A DNA stretch of 64,000 nucleotides from Mobula birostris (taxonomy: Eukaryota): NCBI RefSeq assembly GCF_030028105.1, contig NC_092391.1:27501223-27565222 (forward strand), given 5' to 3'. The notes under the pieces are model-generated. The model was given only the letters and a program-made list of their open reading frames with translations. It did not search any database and was not told the origin of the DNA. The translations under genes were made by a program, and so were the position numbers. Position 1 is the first letter of the stretch. Each line of letters begins with the position of its first letter. Below, piece after piece: positions 61,520 through 64,000 of the stretch.

Positions 61520-62137
61520 AAGGAGTCTTAAGGAATGCTTGCTTTTATTATTCAAGGCATTGAGTTCAAAAATCAGGAGGTTATGTTGCAACTTTATAAA
61601 ACTCTGGTTAGGCCACAGCTGGAGTATTGTATACAGTTCTGGTCAGGGTGTTGAGGCTTTGGAGAGGGTGCAGAAGAGGTTTACCAGGATGCTGTCTGGT
61701 TTGTGTGCTATCACGAGAGGCTGGACAAACTTGGGTTGTTTACTCTGGAGGGGAGATCTGATGGAGGTTTATAAGATTATGAGAGGCATAGACAGGGAGT
61801 ATCTGCTTCCCAGGGGTGAAATATCTAATTAATACCAGAGGGGATGCATTGAAGGTGAGAGGGAGTAGGTTCAAGGGGGATGTGAGGGTATGTTTTTTAC
61901 TCAGAGAGCTGTGTGTGCCTGGAATGCGCTGTCTGGTGTTGTGGTATGGGCAAATACATCCGAGGCTTTTAAGAGACATTTGGATAGACACATGGATATC
62001 AGGAGGATAGAGGGAGATGGACGTGGTGTAGGTAGAAGGGATTAGTATTTGGGCATTTTTGATTTGCTTGTTAGCTGGTTCAGCACAACATTGTGGGCCA
62101 AATGGCCTGTTCCTGTGCTGTATTCTTCTATGTTCTG
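61520..62137 (+). mobile_element. CR1 LINE 3' fragment
   Basis: LYKTLVRPQLEYCIQFWS..ALERVQKRFTRML..RGDLMEVYKIMRG; tail ttctatgttct. Confidence 0.88.
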
Positions 62138-62884
62138 TTTGGGAGGATGTATAAAGGCATGTTATTCCAAATAATTGCAAATAACTTCCTTAAGTTAGGT
62201 TCATAGGTCTATAGTTAAAAGGTTTTTTCCTGCTCCCTTCCTTGAATATGGGGACCAGGCTTACTGTCTTCCAGTCATCTGGTATCTTACTTGTGTCCAG
62301 TGAAGATCCCAGCCAGCAGCTTACCAATCTTTTAGTGTCAGCCGTAGAGCACTACAGCACAAAACAGGCCCTTCAGCTCATTTAATCGATTGTGAACTAT
62401 TCCATCAGCCTGCACCTGGATCACAGCCTTCCAATTTTAACAAATTTAACAAACCTATCCAAATTTCTTTTAAATATTGAAATTGAACCTGCATCCACCA
62501 CTTCCACTGGCACCTCGTTCAACACTCCCACCATCTAGAAATTCCCCCTCATGTTCCCCTTTAATATTTTCCCTCTCCTCCAGTAGCGGGCTGGGATAAA
62601 TCCCATCCTGTCCTAGTGAATTCTACCATTAAACTCACCAAGGGAGGGAGTACCTCCTCTTCATGTATATTGCACTTTCATCTCCCCCTTCACTAAACTC
62701 TCCAACCACCAAGTCTGATTTCTTTGTGAGTGCCAGTGAAAAATTATTCACTGAGGACCTCATCAAAGCTTCTGGCTCTATGCTCAGATTGCCCTTGTAA
62801 TCCATATTGGATCCTACTTTTACCCCGATTATTCTTTCCCCTTAGTTAGAGCCAGTTCATTCCCTCCCCGACTCTCCTAAATCA

Positions 62885-63203
62885 AACCTCACACCCGGGC
62901 CAGTCGTATGGGCATCGAACCTCCTCTGCCCTGGCTTTCCTCTCGGTGCCCAGAGCAATCCAACCTCACACCTGGGCCAGTTGTATGGGCATCGGAACTC
63001 CATCTGCAACGACTCTGCAACACACTATCCCGCCTCATCCTTGGAACTCGCCTCGCCATCACTCGCCTCTTCACTGCTTGTGAAGATAATTTAACACAGT
63101 TTACCTTGGAAAAGGTGTTTTTAGTGATGTTTTGAGTCGGATTTCTTAACTTTTTCACTTCCGGTGAGCCGACGCACACATTCAGTAGCACCATCTTACC
63201 TGG
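62885..63203 (-). mobile_element. GGTAAGATGG-headed non-coding retroposon 5' part with internal ~76-bp duplication
   Basis: ccatcttacc at 63191-63200; aacctcacacc.gggccagt.gtatgggcatcg occurs twice (~62885, ~62962). Confidence 0.5.
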
Positions 63204-63264
63204 ACGTTTAATTAAACTGATGGAATCATGATGAATGAAATATAATTTACACTAATGGAATTTA

Positions 63265-63478
63265 GGGGTGATGTGGCAGTATAGCGGTCAGTGTAATGCT
63301 AATATGGCCGCCAGTGGCCCAGGATCAATTCCGCCATTGTCTATAAGGAGTTTGTATGTTCTTCCCATGACCTCAGTGTGCTCCCACATTCCAAAGGCTT
63401 TCATTTTAGTTTCTTAATTGATGACGTGGGTGCAATTGGTTGGTATAGCCTCACTGGGCCGAAGGGCCTGGTACTCCA
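63265..63478 (+). mobile_element. Degraded HE1/V-type SINE
   Basis: gtggcagtatagcggtcag head, aggagtttgtatgttcttccc..ctcccacattccaaag, tail gggccgaagggcctg. Confidence 0.65.
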
Positions 63479-64000
63479 AATAAAAACAAGAAGTTGTCCA
63501 CTCTTTGAAATGTAATCTCACAGTTCCTTACACTCTGCATTGCTCAGTAAATTACATCCTTTAAGAATTCTCATGTCCGCCTGAGAAATTAGAGGAAAAA
63601 TGATATTGGTATGCGATCCAAGGAACATTAATCATGTTGATGCATACAATAAGGAGGATGAAATGGCAGCTCTTGTTTTATAGTGTTGGATCAGGAGAAC
63701 TCTCAGAGCCTTTGGCCTTGTTTGCGCTTCACTCCTGCACATTAAAAATTTCTAACGGAGTTCACAGGGCCAAATGAGACGATGTTCTGACAGGGCAGCG
63801 AGTGGAGGCAGGTTTGGGTAACGCTGATGTACGAGGTGCCACATCGTCTGTGCTGACAGAGGCACCAAGTCATGGGAACAACCTGGAGGGTGTTATGTTT
63901 TGTAATTTCACAACATTAAATTAATTCGGAGAAACTCACGGGAGTCCAAAACCGATGGAGTGGTTCGGTTTACTTTAAGTGAGGCAAGCATGTATTACAT

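Noticed and set aside
63890-64000. Possible LTR start (TGTTATGTTTTG..)
   Set aside because: Cut by the window edge; no second terminus or TSD is visible.

Overview
Eukaryotic, repeat-dense, non-coding DNA, probably a large intron or intergenic region. The repeat content (HE1/V-type and Deu-type SINE remnants, Rex1/Babar, CR1 and RTE LINEs, Neptune-type Penelope-like elements, and the 33-bp CAGTACTG minisatellite) points to a cartilaginous fish, most likely a ray; this is inferred from repeat families recalled from memory. I found no host protein-coding exon, rRNA, true tRNA or CRISPR array. Every long ORF in the track is a translated tandem repeat, a microsatellite or a decayed transposon frame. 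The most notable system is a family of minimal type-I hammerhead ribozymes (AGTC-CUGAYGA-stem II-GAAAC-GUH-GACU, with stem III reduced to the ACGU palindrome). About 20 intact or decayed copies sit in the 3' repeat of a Penelope-like retroelement and in short non-coding derivatives of it. At least four of these insertions have an inverted, 3'-ends-outward structure with 14-16 bp target-site duplications (TSDs). Also present: two oppositely oriented 33-bp arrays that look derived from a Deu-SINE segment, a ~30-bp array, non-autonomous AAGATGG-headed retroposons, tRNA/CORE-like SINEs with swapped tails, a Chapaev3-like DNA transposon, Tc1 derivatives, a solo LTR, a templated local inversion, several TE-free candidate enhancer islands and a 129-N assembly gap. 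Element boundaries were read by eye and are approximate unless a TSD or terminal inverted repeat (TIR) is quoted.
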